A stretch of DNA of 64,000 nucleotides from Actinomycetota bacterium (GTDB lineage: Bacteria > Actinomycetota > Geothermincolia > Geothermincolales > RBG-13-55-18). The position numbers were made by a program, and so were the translations under genes. The notes beneath the pieces were generated by a model, which saw only the letters and a list, made by a program, of their open reading frames with translations, was not told the origin of the DNA and made no database searches. Every line of letters starts with the position of its first letter. Positions within the stretch are counted from its first letter, which is position 1. The stretch is from positions 79,940 to 143,939 of the forward strand of contig JACIXD010000006.1 in NCBI GenBank assembly GCA_014360645.1. The letters are read 5' to 3'. Of this stretch, positions 8,729 through 16,823 are shown one piece after another.

Positions 8729-10034
8729 AGAGCTCTCCCCGCAGGCTCCAGCTCCCCGCGCCGGTCACGCGCACGCGCACGAACCTGCCCGTGAGGTCCT
8801 CTCCGCCGCGCTGGAAGTGGAGCGGGAGATTGCGGCGCGTGCGCGCCGCCCAGAAATTGGGGTCCCTGCGGCTGGGGCCGTGCACCAGCGCCTCCAGCTC
8901 CCTCCCCACCTCCGCCAGCAGGGCCTGGGAGGTGAGGCGGCGGGTCAGGGCGGTCAGCCGGGACATGCGCTCGCGCTTGACCTCGTGGGGCACGTCATCC
9001 GCTAGCTGGGCCGCGGGCGTTCCCGGCCGCGGGTTGAAGACGAAGGTAAACGCGGTGTCGAAACGGCAGAGCTCCACCATCTCCAGGGTGTCCCGAAAAT
9101 CCTCCTCGCTCTCTCCCGGGAAACCCACGATGATGTCCGTGGACAGCGCCACCCCCTCCACCTCCCGCCTCAGGGCCCTGGCCTTCTCCAGGTATTCTTC
9201 CCTCCCGTAGCCGCGCCGCATGGCCTCCAGCACGCGGTCCGACCCGGCCTGCAGCGGAAGGTGCACATACTCGCATACCCCGGGGGTCTCCGCTATGGCC
9301 CGCATCACCTCGAGGTCGAAATCCCTCGGGTGCGAGGTGGTGAAGCGCAGCCACACCTCCGGAAAGGAAGCCCCCAAGGCCCTGAGCAGGTCGGCGAAAC
9401 GGCTCCTCCCCTCCTCCTTGCGCCGATAGGAATCGACGTTCTGTCCCAGGAGGTTGATCTCCCGGGCGCCGGCCGCCACGTGCTCCCCCACCTCCCGCAT
9501 GACCTCCTCCACGGGGCGGCTGGTCTCCTCCCCCCGCACGTAAGGGACCACGCAGTAGGAGCAGAAGTTGTCGCAGCCGTTGGTGATGGTGACCCAGGCT
9601 CGGAAGTCCTCCCGGCGCCGGGCGGGCAGCCCGCGCGGCGAAAGCCCGCCCATGGCCGTGCTGCATACGGCGCCCTGTGCCGCCCGCTCCAGGAGAACGG
9701 CGATCTGCGGGTACTGGTGGGTCCCGAAAATAAGGTCCACGTGGGGCGCTTTCCTTCGCAGCATCTCGCCCTCCTTCTGCGCCAGGCAGCCGCCCACGGC
9801 GATCAGAGCACCGTTCCTCTCCTTCAGCGGTCGCAGCGCGGACAGCCTGCCGTAGAGCCTGCGCTCCGCGCTCTCCCGTACGCAGCAGGTCACGAGGATG
9901 ATGGCGTCGGCCTCTTCCGGCTCGGCCTCCCTCCACCCCTCCCGCTCCAGCAAGCCCGCTATGCGCTCGGAGTCGTGGATGTTCATCTGGCACCCGAAGG
10001 TGAGCAGGGCGTATCTCCTCTCCATGACATACAT
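8712..10034 (-). CDS. miaB: tRNA-2-methylthio-N6-dimethylallyladenosine synthase (radical-SAM methylthiotransferase)
   Basis: 440 aa. MTTase N-domain (LTFGCQMN, VTCCVRE). Radical-SAM CxxxCxxC (NGCDNFCSYC). C-terminal TRAM domain. Confidence 0.9.
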   Translation of the reverse strand: MYVMERRYALLTFGCQMNIHDSERIAGLLEREGWREAEPEEADAIILVTCCVRESAERRLYGRLSALRPLKERNGALIAVGGCLAQKEGEMLRRKAPHVDLIFGTHQYPQIAVLLERAAQGAVCSTAMGGLSPRGLPARRREDFRAWVTITNGCDNFCSYCVVPYVRGEETSRPVEEVMREVGEHVAAGAREINLLGQNVDSYRRKEEGRSRFADLLRALGASFPEVWLRFTTSHPRDFDLEVMRAIAETPGVCEYVHLPLQAGSDRVLEAMRRGYGREEYLEKARALRREVEGVALSTDIIVGFPGESEEDFRDTLEMVELCRFDTAFTFVFNPRPGTPAAQLADDVPHEVKRERMSRLTALTRRLTSQALLAEVGRELEALVHGPSRRDPNFWAARTRRNLPLHFQRGGEDLTGRFVRVRVTGAGSWSLRGELLEVMG

Positions 10035-10071
10035 ATTAACGCAGGCGGCGCGGGAAGAGGGTTCCTGCGGC

Positions 10072-10857
10072 TCAGTTGCCCGCCGCGAGGTGCTCGCGGC
10101 AGAACTCCAGGCTGCGCCTCAGGTTGTCCACCAGCCTGGCCTCGCCCAGCCTAGCCTCCAGCGGCCCCGGCCCCAGCTCCAGGGACACGCATCCCGCGAA
10201 GCCGTCCCGGGCGATAAGGCGCAGGAAACGGTCCAGAGGCAACCTGCCCTCGAAGGGCAGTGCGTGGTCGTCGAACCCCTTGCGGTAATTGTTGGAAAGG
10301 TGAACGTGGCGGACGCGTTCTCCCAGTCTTTCCCAGGCCCGGAAGATGTCCACGCCCGCGATGGCGAAATGGCTGGTGTCGAAGACGAGGTGGGGGAACC
10401 CTGCCAGCTCCTCGAGGCTGTTGTAGAGGCTGAGATTGAGCGGGCGGTGGGCCTTGACCAGCATGGCGTTCTCCACCGCCAGCGTGACCCCCGCAGCCTC
10501 GCAGCGGGCTTCCGCTTCGCGCCGCAGCCAGCGTGCGTATCCCCACTGCCAGAGATAGGGAAGATGCGCCACCACCACCATCGCCCCCAGTTCCCTGGCC
10601 ATGGCCACGGAGGCGTCGATCTTGCCGCGGTGATCGCCCCATACCTTCTTGGCTGCAAGTAGGAAGGGCGCGTGTATGGCGCGGACCTCGAGGCGGTGAG
10701 CGGCGGCCAGCTCGGCGACCAGCTCGCCGCTCTGGGTGTCCGCGCGTTTAGTGACCATGAGCTCCACGCCCGTGAATCCAGCCTCCGCCGCGAGCCGGAA
10801 GGCGTCATCGAGGGCGAAGCTGAAAAGGGATGCGGTGGAGAGGATGACCTCGGCTAT
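10072..10857 (-). CDS. Sugar-phosphate isomerase/epimerase (xylose-isomerase-like TIM barrel)
   Basis: The conserved N-terminal strand (ILSTASLFSF...) lies upstream of the first ATG (10767) with no in-frame ATG/GTG/TTG before the TAG at 10864-10866. The likely near-cognate start is ATA at 10855-10857, after GGGGAGG. Confidence 0.7.
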   Translation of the reverse strand: MAEVILSTASLFSFALDDAFRLAAEAGFTGVELMVTKRADTQSGELVAELAAAHRLEVRAIHAPFLLAAKKVWGDHRGKIDASVAMARELGAMVVVAHLPYLWQWGYARWLRREAEARCEAAGVTLAVENAMLVKAHRPLNLSLYNSLEELAGFPHLVFDTSHFAIAGVDIFRAWERLGERVRHVHLSNNYRKGFDDHALPFEGRLPLDRFLRLIARDGFAGCVSLELGPGPLEARLGEARLVDNLRRSLEFCREHLAAGN

Positions 10858-10872
10858 CTGGACCTACCTCCC

Positions 10873-11259
10873 CTACCTCTCGCCATGTCTGCGCAACCTG
10901 CGCGCCGCCCCCCGGAAGAGCAGCGAGGTGCCGGCGAAACCGGCGAGCATGCCTCCCAGACGCGCCAGGGGCGAACGTAGGGCCCCCTCCACCGAGCGCA
11001 TGCCGCTTTCGGCCATCCCCAGCATCTCCTGCACCTCGCCGGTCATGGCGGAGATCTTTTCCAGCTCTCCGTTGACCTCCTCCAGGGTGTGGTTGAGGCC
11101 GGTTAGCAGCATGTTGACCTGGGGACGCGCGTCGTCGAGGGTTCGGTTGAGGTGGTCGATGCCCCGCCCCGCCTTGAGGGTCAGCCTGATGAGGAAAAAG
11201 CTGAGCGCGGGCACGGAGACGATGGCCACCACCAGCAATATCGCCTTGAGGACCTGCAA
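10873..11259 (-). CDS. DUF948-family small membrane protein
   Basis: 128 aa. TTG start after AGGAGG. N-terminal transmembrane helix then coiled coil. Confidence 0.7.
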   Translation of the reverse strand: MQVLKAILLVVAIVSVPALSFFLIRLTLKAGRGIDHLNRTLDDARPQVNMLLTGLNHTLEEVNGELEKISAMTGEVQEMLGMAESGMRSVEGALRSPLARLGGMLAGFAGTSLLFRGAARRLRRHGER

Positions 11260-11318
11260 TTTTCCTCCTGAGAAAGGGCTGCCCCGCGAAGCGGCGCGGT
11301 CTGATGGACGGCCGCGGA

Positions 11319-11579
11319 TCAGCGCGACTCCACGGACAGCCTGATGGCCGTGCGCTCCTCGCCGTCGATGATGATGTCGGTGAAGGCGGGAATGCAGACC
11401 AGGTCGATGCCGCTCGGCGCCACGAACCCTCTCGCGATGGCGATGGCCTTGATGGCCTGGTTGAGGGCCCCCGCACCGATCACCTGGATCTCGGCGCTGC
11501 CCGCCTCCCTCAACACGCCCGCCAGGGCTCCGGCGACCGAGTTGGGGTTCGACTTCGAAGAAACCTTGAGCACTTCCAT
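11319..11579 (-). CDS. spoVS: Stage V sporulation protein S homologue
   Basis: 86 aa, near-identical in pattern to B. subtilis SpoVS (MEVLKVSSKSNPNSVAGALAGVLREAGSAEIQVIGAGALNQAIKAIAIARGF...). Confidence 0.9.
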   Translation of the reverse strand: MEVLKVSSKSNPNSVAGALAGVLREAGSAEIQVIGAGALNQAIKAIAIARGFVAPSGIDLVCIPAFTDIIIDGEERTAIRLSVESR

Positions 11580-11694
11580 GTCCCGTTACTCCTCCCGGTA
11601 CTACCGCCTTGAAACGCTGCCGACATCCCTGAATAGTGAATTATGATATACCATTTCGGCATGGCGCGAAAGGATTGCGCCTTCCCGGATCCCC

Positions 11695-12810
11695 TCAGCC
11701 GTCGTCCTCCCGGTCGTGGAGCGCGAGGGAGATGATGATGCGGTTCTTGCGCCTCTTGATGACCGGGGGCTCGAAACGCAGGAGGTGCCTCTCCCCCATC
11801 TCCCGCAGGAGGTCCTGCAGCGATCCGGAGATCCTCTCTAGGTCCTCCTGCTCCAGGCGCCGCGCCAGGTGGTCGGTCCACACCGCCCGTGGCTGGCGGT
11901 GGAGGTCGGCCCGCCGCGGGGGGGAGTCGCGCCCTCCCTCGTCCAGGAGCTCGTTCACGCTCATGAGGGGAGGTATCTCGTATTCCAGGATACGGAAGGC
12001 GTTGCGCTCGGACACGCTCAGCCCCAGCCGTTCCAGGGCGAAACGGTGCAGGGCTCGTCCCTCGCTCATGCCCCCGAGATCGAACCATAGCGGCCAGGTC
12101 TCCCCGCCCCTGCCCTCCGCCCAGCCCTTGCGCAGCTCCTGGGAGCGGTGATAAAGGGTCGCCAGCACCTCGGCGTTGGAGCCCAGGAAGAAGCGCACCC
12201 CCTCGCAGCCGAGGGCGTATTCCGCCAGCACCCGGGGGACGTTGCGCGGTCCTCCCCCCACCGCGGCTCTGCCCTCCTCGTCTCTCTCCAGGCGCGGGAA
12301 GGTGGACTGGTCCTTCTTTTCCGGTACCTTCTGGGTATCCAGGCGCGCGAAGATGATGGTGCCGCATCCCTCCACGGAATCCACCAGCCTGACCTCTTCA
12401 GCCACCTGCTTGATGGAGAAGAGGGCCATGCCCCTGCCGTGCACCCCGAAGGCGTCCTCCACCACCCCTTCCACCTTGGAGGTGACGCGGGCCTCGAAGA
12501 TCTTGCGGTGCAGGGGGGCCGGGATGCCGCCGCCGTCGTCCAGCACGGTGATGTTGCGCCAGCGGCCCCTTTCCTTCTGGAAGGAGACGTAGATCTCGTG
12601 CGCCCCGGCGTCGCGCGCGTTGCGCACCAGCTCCTTCACCACGTCCTCTACGGAGCGGATGTCCTGCAGAGCCTGGCGGCGCTCCGCCTCGGTTATCCTC
12701 AGCCTCACGTAGCCGTGGCCGAGGTCCTCCTCGACGGTGAAGGTATTGTGGTCGGCGAAGCTCCTGATGAACCCCAGGAGATCGCTCTCATCTCCATCCG
12801 TCCTCGACAC
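11695..12810 (-). CDS. Orphan GHKL-type ATPase (HATPase_c N-terminal domain plus ~200-aa C-terminal domain of unknown function)
   Basis: N-box ELVRNARDAGA, G1 DDGGGI, G2 GVHGRGMAL. No HisKA/dimerisation domain and no transmembrane segment. Confidence 0.75.
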   Translation of the reverse strand: MSRTDGDESDLLGFIRSFADHNTFTVEEDLGHGYVRLRITEAERRQALQDIRSVEDVVKELVRNARDAGAHEIYVSFQKERGRWRNITVLDDGGGIPAPLHRKIFEARVTSKVEGVVEDAFGVHGRGMALFSIKQVAEEVRLVDSVEGCGTIIFARLDTQKVPEKKDQSTFPRLERDEEGRAAVGGGPRNVPRVLAEYALGCEGVRFFLGSNAEVLATLYHRSQELRKGWAEGRGGETWPLWFDLGGMSEGRALHRFALERLGLSVSERNAFRILEYEIPPLMSVNELLDEGGRDSPPRRADLHRQPRAVWTDHLARRLEQEDLERISGSLQDLLREMGERHLLRFEPPVIKRRKNRIIISLALHDREDDG

Positions 12811-12934
12811 CTGCGATCACATCCCTGCCCGGTCCGTCGCTCTCTCCGCGATCTCTATTCTCCATCTCGGCAGCGATGCCCGCATCCTGAACGCCGCAGG
12901 CGGGCGAGGCAGACAGGCCGGGAGGGGGTTGCGC

Positions 12935-14473
12935 CTACTTGGCGTAGTCAACCACGCGCTTCTCCCTCACCACGGTGATCTTGATCTGTCCGGGATATTC
13001 CAGCTCGTCCTCTATCTGTCTCGCGATCTCGCGCGACAGCGTCACGCAGCCCAGGTCGTCGATGACGTCCGATTTCACCATCACCCTGATCTCGCGCCCC
13101 GCCTGCAGCGCATAGGAGCTCTCCACCCCCTCGAAGGAATCGGCGATGGTCTCCAGCTTCTCCAGGCGCTTTATGTAGCTCTCCAGGGTCTCGCGCCGCG
13201 CTCCCGGCCGGGCCGCGCTTATGGCGTCCGCGGCCTGCACCAGCACCGCCTCGATGCTGTGGGCCTCCACCTCTTCGTGGTGAGCCTCTATGGCATGCAC
13301 CACCGCCTCGCTCTCCTTGAGGCGCTTTGCCAGCTCGGCACCGATGATGGCGTGCGAGCCCTCCACCTCGTGGTCGATGGCCTTGCCGATGTCGTGCAGC
13401 AGGCCGGCGCGCTTGGCCAGCTTGATATCGGTGCCCAGCTCCGCGGCCATTATCCCGGCCAGATGCGCCACCTCTATGGAGTGCTTGAGCACGTTCTGTC
13501 CGTAACTGGTGCGGTACTTGAGGCGGCCGAGTACCCTCATCAGCTCGTGGTTCACGCCGTGTAGGCCCACCTCGAAGACGGCCTGCTCGCCGACCTCCTT
13601 GATCTCCGCCTCCACCTCGGCCTTGGCCTTGTCGTACATCTCCTCGATGCGCGCGGGCTGGATGCGCCCGTCGGTTATGAGCCTCTCCAGGGTTAGCCGG
13701 GCTATCTCCCTCCTCACGGGATCGAAGCTGGAGAGGATCACCGCCTCCGGGGTGTCGTCGATGATGAGGTTGATGCCGGTGAGGGTCTCGAAGGTGCGGA
13801 TGTTCCTGCCCTCTCGGCCGATGATGCGCCCCTTCATCTCGTCGTTGGGCAGAGGGACCACCGATACCGTGGTCTCGGCCACGTGGTCGGACGCGCATCT
13901 CTGGATGGCGTTGGCGATGATGTGCTTGGCCTTTTTGTCCGCCTCGTCGCGCAGGCGGCTCTCGATCTTCTTGATCACTTGAGCCGCTTCGCGCTTGGTC
14001 TCCTGTTCCACCTGGGTGAGCAGGAGCTGCTTGGCCTCCTCCCTCGAAAGACCGGCGATGCTCTCCAGCTTGGACCTCTGCTCATCCAGCGTCCTCTTCA
14101 CCTCTTCGCGCATGTCCTGGATCTCGCTCTCCTTGGCTGCCAGCGACCTTTCCCTCTTCTCGAGGTTCTCGGCCCGGTTGTCGAGCTGTTCCTCGCGCTG
14201 CAGGAGCCGGCGCTCCAGCCTCTGGAGCTCGCTGCGACGGTTCTTTATCTCCCGCTCCGCCTCGCTGCGCATGGCGAAGATCTCATCCTTAGCCTCGACT
14301 AGAGCTTCACGCTTCCTGGTCTCGGCGACCTTCTCCGCCTCTTGCTTTATCCTCCTGGCCTCCTCCTCCGCCGAGGATATCTTCGCCTCGGCCATGAACT
14401 TCCTGGCCAGGTAGCCACCCAGCAGCCCGCAGGCAAGGGCCGCCACGCCGATCACTATGCTTACGACAACCAT
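12935..14473 (-). CDS. rny: Ribonuclease Y
   Basis: 512 aa. N-terminal transmembrane helix, long coiled coil, KH ([12 protein letters not shown]) and HD domain ([10 protein letters not shown]...LLHDIGKA). Confidence 0.95.
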   Translation of the reverse strand: MVVVSIVIGVAALACGLLGGYLARKFMAEAKISSAEEEARRIKQEAEKVAETRKREALVEAKDEIFAMRSEAEREIKNRRSELQRLERRLLQREEQLDNRAENLEKRERSLAAKESEIQDMREEVKRTLDEQRSKLESIAGLSREEAKQLLLTQVEQETKREAAQVIKKIESRLRDEADKKAKHIIANAIQRCASDHVAETTVSVVPLPNDEMKGRIIGREGRNIRTFETLTGINLIIDDTPEAVILSSFDPVRREIARLTLERLITDGRIQPARIEEMYDKAKAEVEAEIKEVGEQAVFEVGLHGVNHELMRVLGRLKYRTSYGQNVLKHSIEVAHLAGIMAAELGTDIKLAKRAGLLHDIGKAIDHEVEGSHAIIGAELAKRLKESEAVVHAIEAHHEEVEAHSIEAVLVQAADAISAARPGARRETLESYIKRLEKLETIADSFEGVESSYALQAGREIRVMVKSDVIDDLGCVTLSREIARQIEDELEYPGQIKITVVREKRVVDYAK

Positions 14474-14489
14474 GGATACTCCTCCCTTC

Positions 14490-14720
14490 GTTTATGTAAA
14501 GCCGGGGTTTAACCCCTTACTTAACGCAAAAATGCCGAGTGTTATCTCGGCATAAGGCTTAAATCTGCGATTTAGATTTACCGTCTTGGCCCTCTTTAGA
14601 CCTGCCTCCAACGGTATATCCCTAAGGCGACTGATCGCCTGAAGAACGAACGAACACCTTAAGCCTGATTAAATTCTAGGAGTAGCCACCTGCACTGTCA
14701 AGGAAAGCGGTCCTGTCTTT
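14490..14720 (-). promoter_or_regulatory. Low-GC, hairpin-rich leader/promoter region upstream of rny
   Basis: Local GC drops to ~45 %. Perfect hairpins gccgag-tgttat-ctcggc (14534-14551) and aaatct-gcgattt-agattt (14561-14579), plus ggggtttaacccc (14504-14516). Confidence 0.5.
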
Positions 14721-14911
14721 TCATGCGTAGAGAGGAGCCGCGGTTTCCGCGCAGAACCGATTTTTCCCGTTTATCGAGGAGCTCGCCGGGGCCGGGTCAA
14801 AGGTCGGGCCTTGATCCTTCGCGGGACGGCTTTATCCGGGCCCGCGGGACATACAACCCTGAAAGGTCGGTTGCATGGCAGCGGATATCGCCTTGCCCTG
14901 CGAGGCTCGGG

Positions 14912-15331
14912 TCATGTCCGAAAGCCTTCCAGAGCTCGAGATATGGAGCTCGGCGAGAATCCCCTTCTCGCGAGGAGACCGGCTGCCTTTTTCAGCGCCT
15001 CGGCCCGGTCCTCGTGAGGACGCTCCGTAAGCACGGCGGCTACGATGCGAGCTGCGTCCTCGCTCTCCCTGTCGGGGTCGAAGGCTCGGCGCATGGCCTC
15101 CTCTGCGACCTCTCTCCCGATCCCCCGCCTCCGCAGCTCGCCGTAGACGCGCCCGCTCCCGCGACGCGACCGCTGTGCCGCGGCCACCAGCGCTCGCGCT
15201 AGCGCCGCATCGTCGAGAAGGCCCCGCGCCTCCAGGTCCTCCACCACACCCCGCGCCGTCTCAGACGAGAACCCCCTGGCCAGCAGGTCCTCCCTTATCT
15301 CGTGGCTGCTCCGCTGGCGGTAGGAGAGCAT
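14912..15331 (-). CDS. recX: Recombination regulator RecX
   Basis: 139 aa with RecX three-helix repeats. No canonical in-frame start upstream of the ATG up to the stop at 15476, so this ATG is taken as the start. Confidence 0.8.
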   Translation of the reverse strand: MLSYRQRSSHEIREDLLARGFSSETARGVVEDLEARGLLDDAALARALVAAAQRSRRGSGRVYGELRRRGIGREVAEEAMRRAFDPDRESEDAARIVAAVLTERPHEDRAEALKKAAGLLARRGFSPSSISRALEGFRT

Positions 15332-15383
15332 TCTAAGGGCACGGGACAGAGCACGCCTGACCTCCCCGCCCTCCTGCCCGGAG

Positions 15384-16445
15384 CTATTTTCCCTTCCCGT
15401 CTCCGTTCGGCACCTCCTTGGCCTCCTCCCTTTCGGGCAGCGGGGAAGTGGTCCTGGAGAGGTTGAGCATCTCCCTCAACCTCGTATCCAGGGCTTCCAG
15501 GAGCTGGGGGTTATCGCTCAGGTACTGCTTGGCGTTCTCCCTCCCCTGCCCGAGCTGCTCGTCTCCGTAGGTGTACCAAGAGCCGCTCTTCTTCACCAGG
15601 CCGTGCTCCACCGCGAGGTCGAGGATGTTGCCTTCCCTGGAGATGCCCTTGCCGTACATGATGTCGAACTCGGCCTTGCGGAAAGGAGGCGCCATCTTGT
15701 TCTTGACCACCTTCACCCGCACCTGGTTGCCGGTTATCTCCGCCCCCTGCTTGATGCTCTCGATCTTGCGGATGTCCAGGCGCACGGAGGCGTAGAACTT
15801 CAACGCCTTGCCTCCCGGGGTGGTCTCGGGGCTTCCGAACATCACCCCGATCTTCTCGCGCAGCTGGTTGATGAAGATGGCGGTGGTGTTGGACTTGTTT
15901 ATGGTTCCGGCGAGCTTGCGCAAGGCCTGGGACATCAACCTCGCCTGCAGGCCTACATGGGCCTCCCCCATCTCGCCCTCGATCTCCAGGCGCGGCACCA
16001 GCGCGGCCACGGAATCGATGACCACCACGTCCAGCGCCCCGCTCCTCACCAGCATCTCCGCTATCTCCAGCGCCTGCTCTCCCGTGTCCGGCTGGGAGAT
16101 CAGGAGCTCGTCCACGTCCACCCCCAGGGCTTTGGCGTAACCCGGGTCAAGGGCGTGTTCGGCGTCGATGAAGGCGGCGATGCCCCCCCTCTTCTGCGCC
16201 TCGGCGATGATGTGCAGGGCCACGGTGGTCTTGCCGGAGGATTCGGGGCCGAATATCTCCACCACCCTCCCCCTGGGCACTCCCCCTATGCCCAGCGCCA
16301 GGTCCAGGGAGAGGGCGCCGGTGGGTATGGCCTCCACCTGGAAGCGGTGGTTGTCCTGGCCAAGCTTCATGATGGAGCCCTTGCCGAACTGGCGCTCTAT
16401 CTGCACCAGCGCCATCTCCAGAGCCTTCTGTTTCTCCACTTTCAC
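15384..16445 (-). CDS. recA: Recombinase A
   Basis: 353 aa. Walker [10 protein letters not shown]. Classic RecA core. GTG start(s) at 16445/16439 after AGGAGGAG. Confidence 0.97.
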   Translation of the reverse strand: MKVEKQKALEMALVQIERQFGKGSIMKLGQDNHRFQVEAIPTGALSLDLALGIGGVPRGRVVEIFGPESSGKTTVALHIIAEAQKRGGIAAFIDAEHALDPGYAKALGVDVDELLISQPDTGEQALEIAEMLVRSGALDVVVIDSVAALVPRLEIEGEMGEAHVGLQARLMSQALRKLAGTINKSNTTAIFINQLREKIGVMFGSPETTPGGKALKFYASVRLDIRKIESIKQGAEITGNQVRVKVVKNKMAPPFRKAEFDIMYGKGISREGNILDLAVEHGLVKKSGSWYTYGDEQLGQGRENAKQYLSDNPQLLEALDTRLREMLNLSRTTSPLPEREEAKEVPNGDGKGK

Positions 16446-16531
16446 TCCTCCTGAACTGATCCACGCCGCATATGTGCTCGACCGGCAACCGCCCCGATCG
16501 TCTTCGACGCCTCATCCTCGCGTCCTCACAC

Positions 16532-16537
16532 ATTATA
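16532..16537 (-). promoter_or_regulatory. Candidate recA -10 hexamer (TATAAT on minus strand)
   Basis: rc of attata at 16532-16537, ~85 nt upstream of the recA start. Only a weak -35 could be assigned. Confidence 0.4.
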
Positions 16538-16542
16538 TTTCT

Positions 16543-16744
16543 GCGGGGTGACAACAACACCTTTGGGGCTCGGCGCTGAGGTCTTCACGGTGACGGCAAA
16601 ACCTCCGGACGTGCCGCCGGAGGATTTGCGACTCTGCTATGAAGAGCATCACGCCCTATTAAGCGGGGTGACAACAACACCTTTGGGGCTCGGCGCTGAG
16701 GTCTTCACGGTGACGGCAAAACCTCCGGACGTGCCGCCGGAGGA
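16543..16744. repeat. 82-bp exact direct repeat x2 (period 120 bp) upstream of recA, each copy with a 7-9 bp hairpin (cctccgg-acgtgccg-ccggagg)
   Basis: Copy 1 is 16543-16624, copy 2 is 16663-16744, 100 % identical. They lie between the rsmB stop (16824) and the recA start. Confidence 0.85.
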
Positions 16745-16823
16745 GCCGGCGGTGCTCCAGCGGGAATCCGGGGCACGGGTGAGTCCCTCGGTCACTCCTC
16801 CGGAGCGCCGGGCCCCGTTTCCA

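Noticed and set aside
8995-9993. Large alternative-frame minus-strand ORFs inside miaB (8995..9993), rny (12948..13898), pgk (23212..23946), dnaE (53908..54840), polA (38703..39380) and hisD (52403..53827)
   Set aside because: They are out-of-frame overlaps with genes whose correct frame is established by conserved motifs. Their products are Gly/Arg-rich.
16446-16542. LexA/SOS box upstream of recA
   Set aside because: There is no match to TCGAAC-N4-GTTCGA or the Cheo box CGAACRNRYGTTCG. Only a 10-bp near-palindrome (GCACATATGC) is seen, which is insufficient to call.
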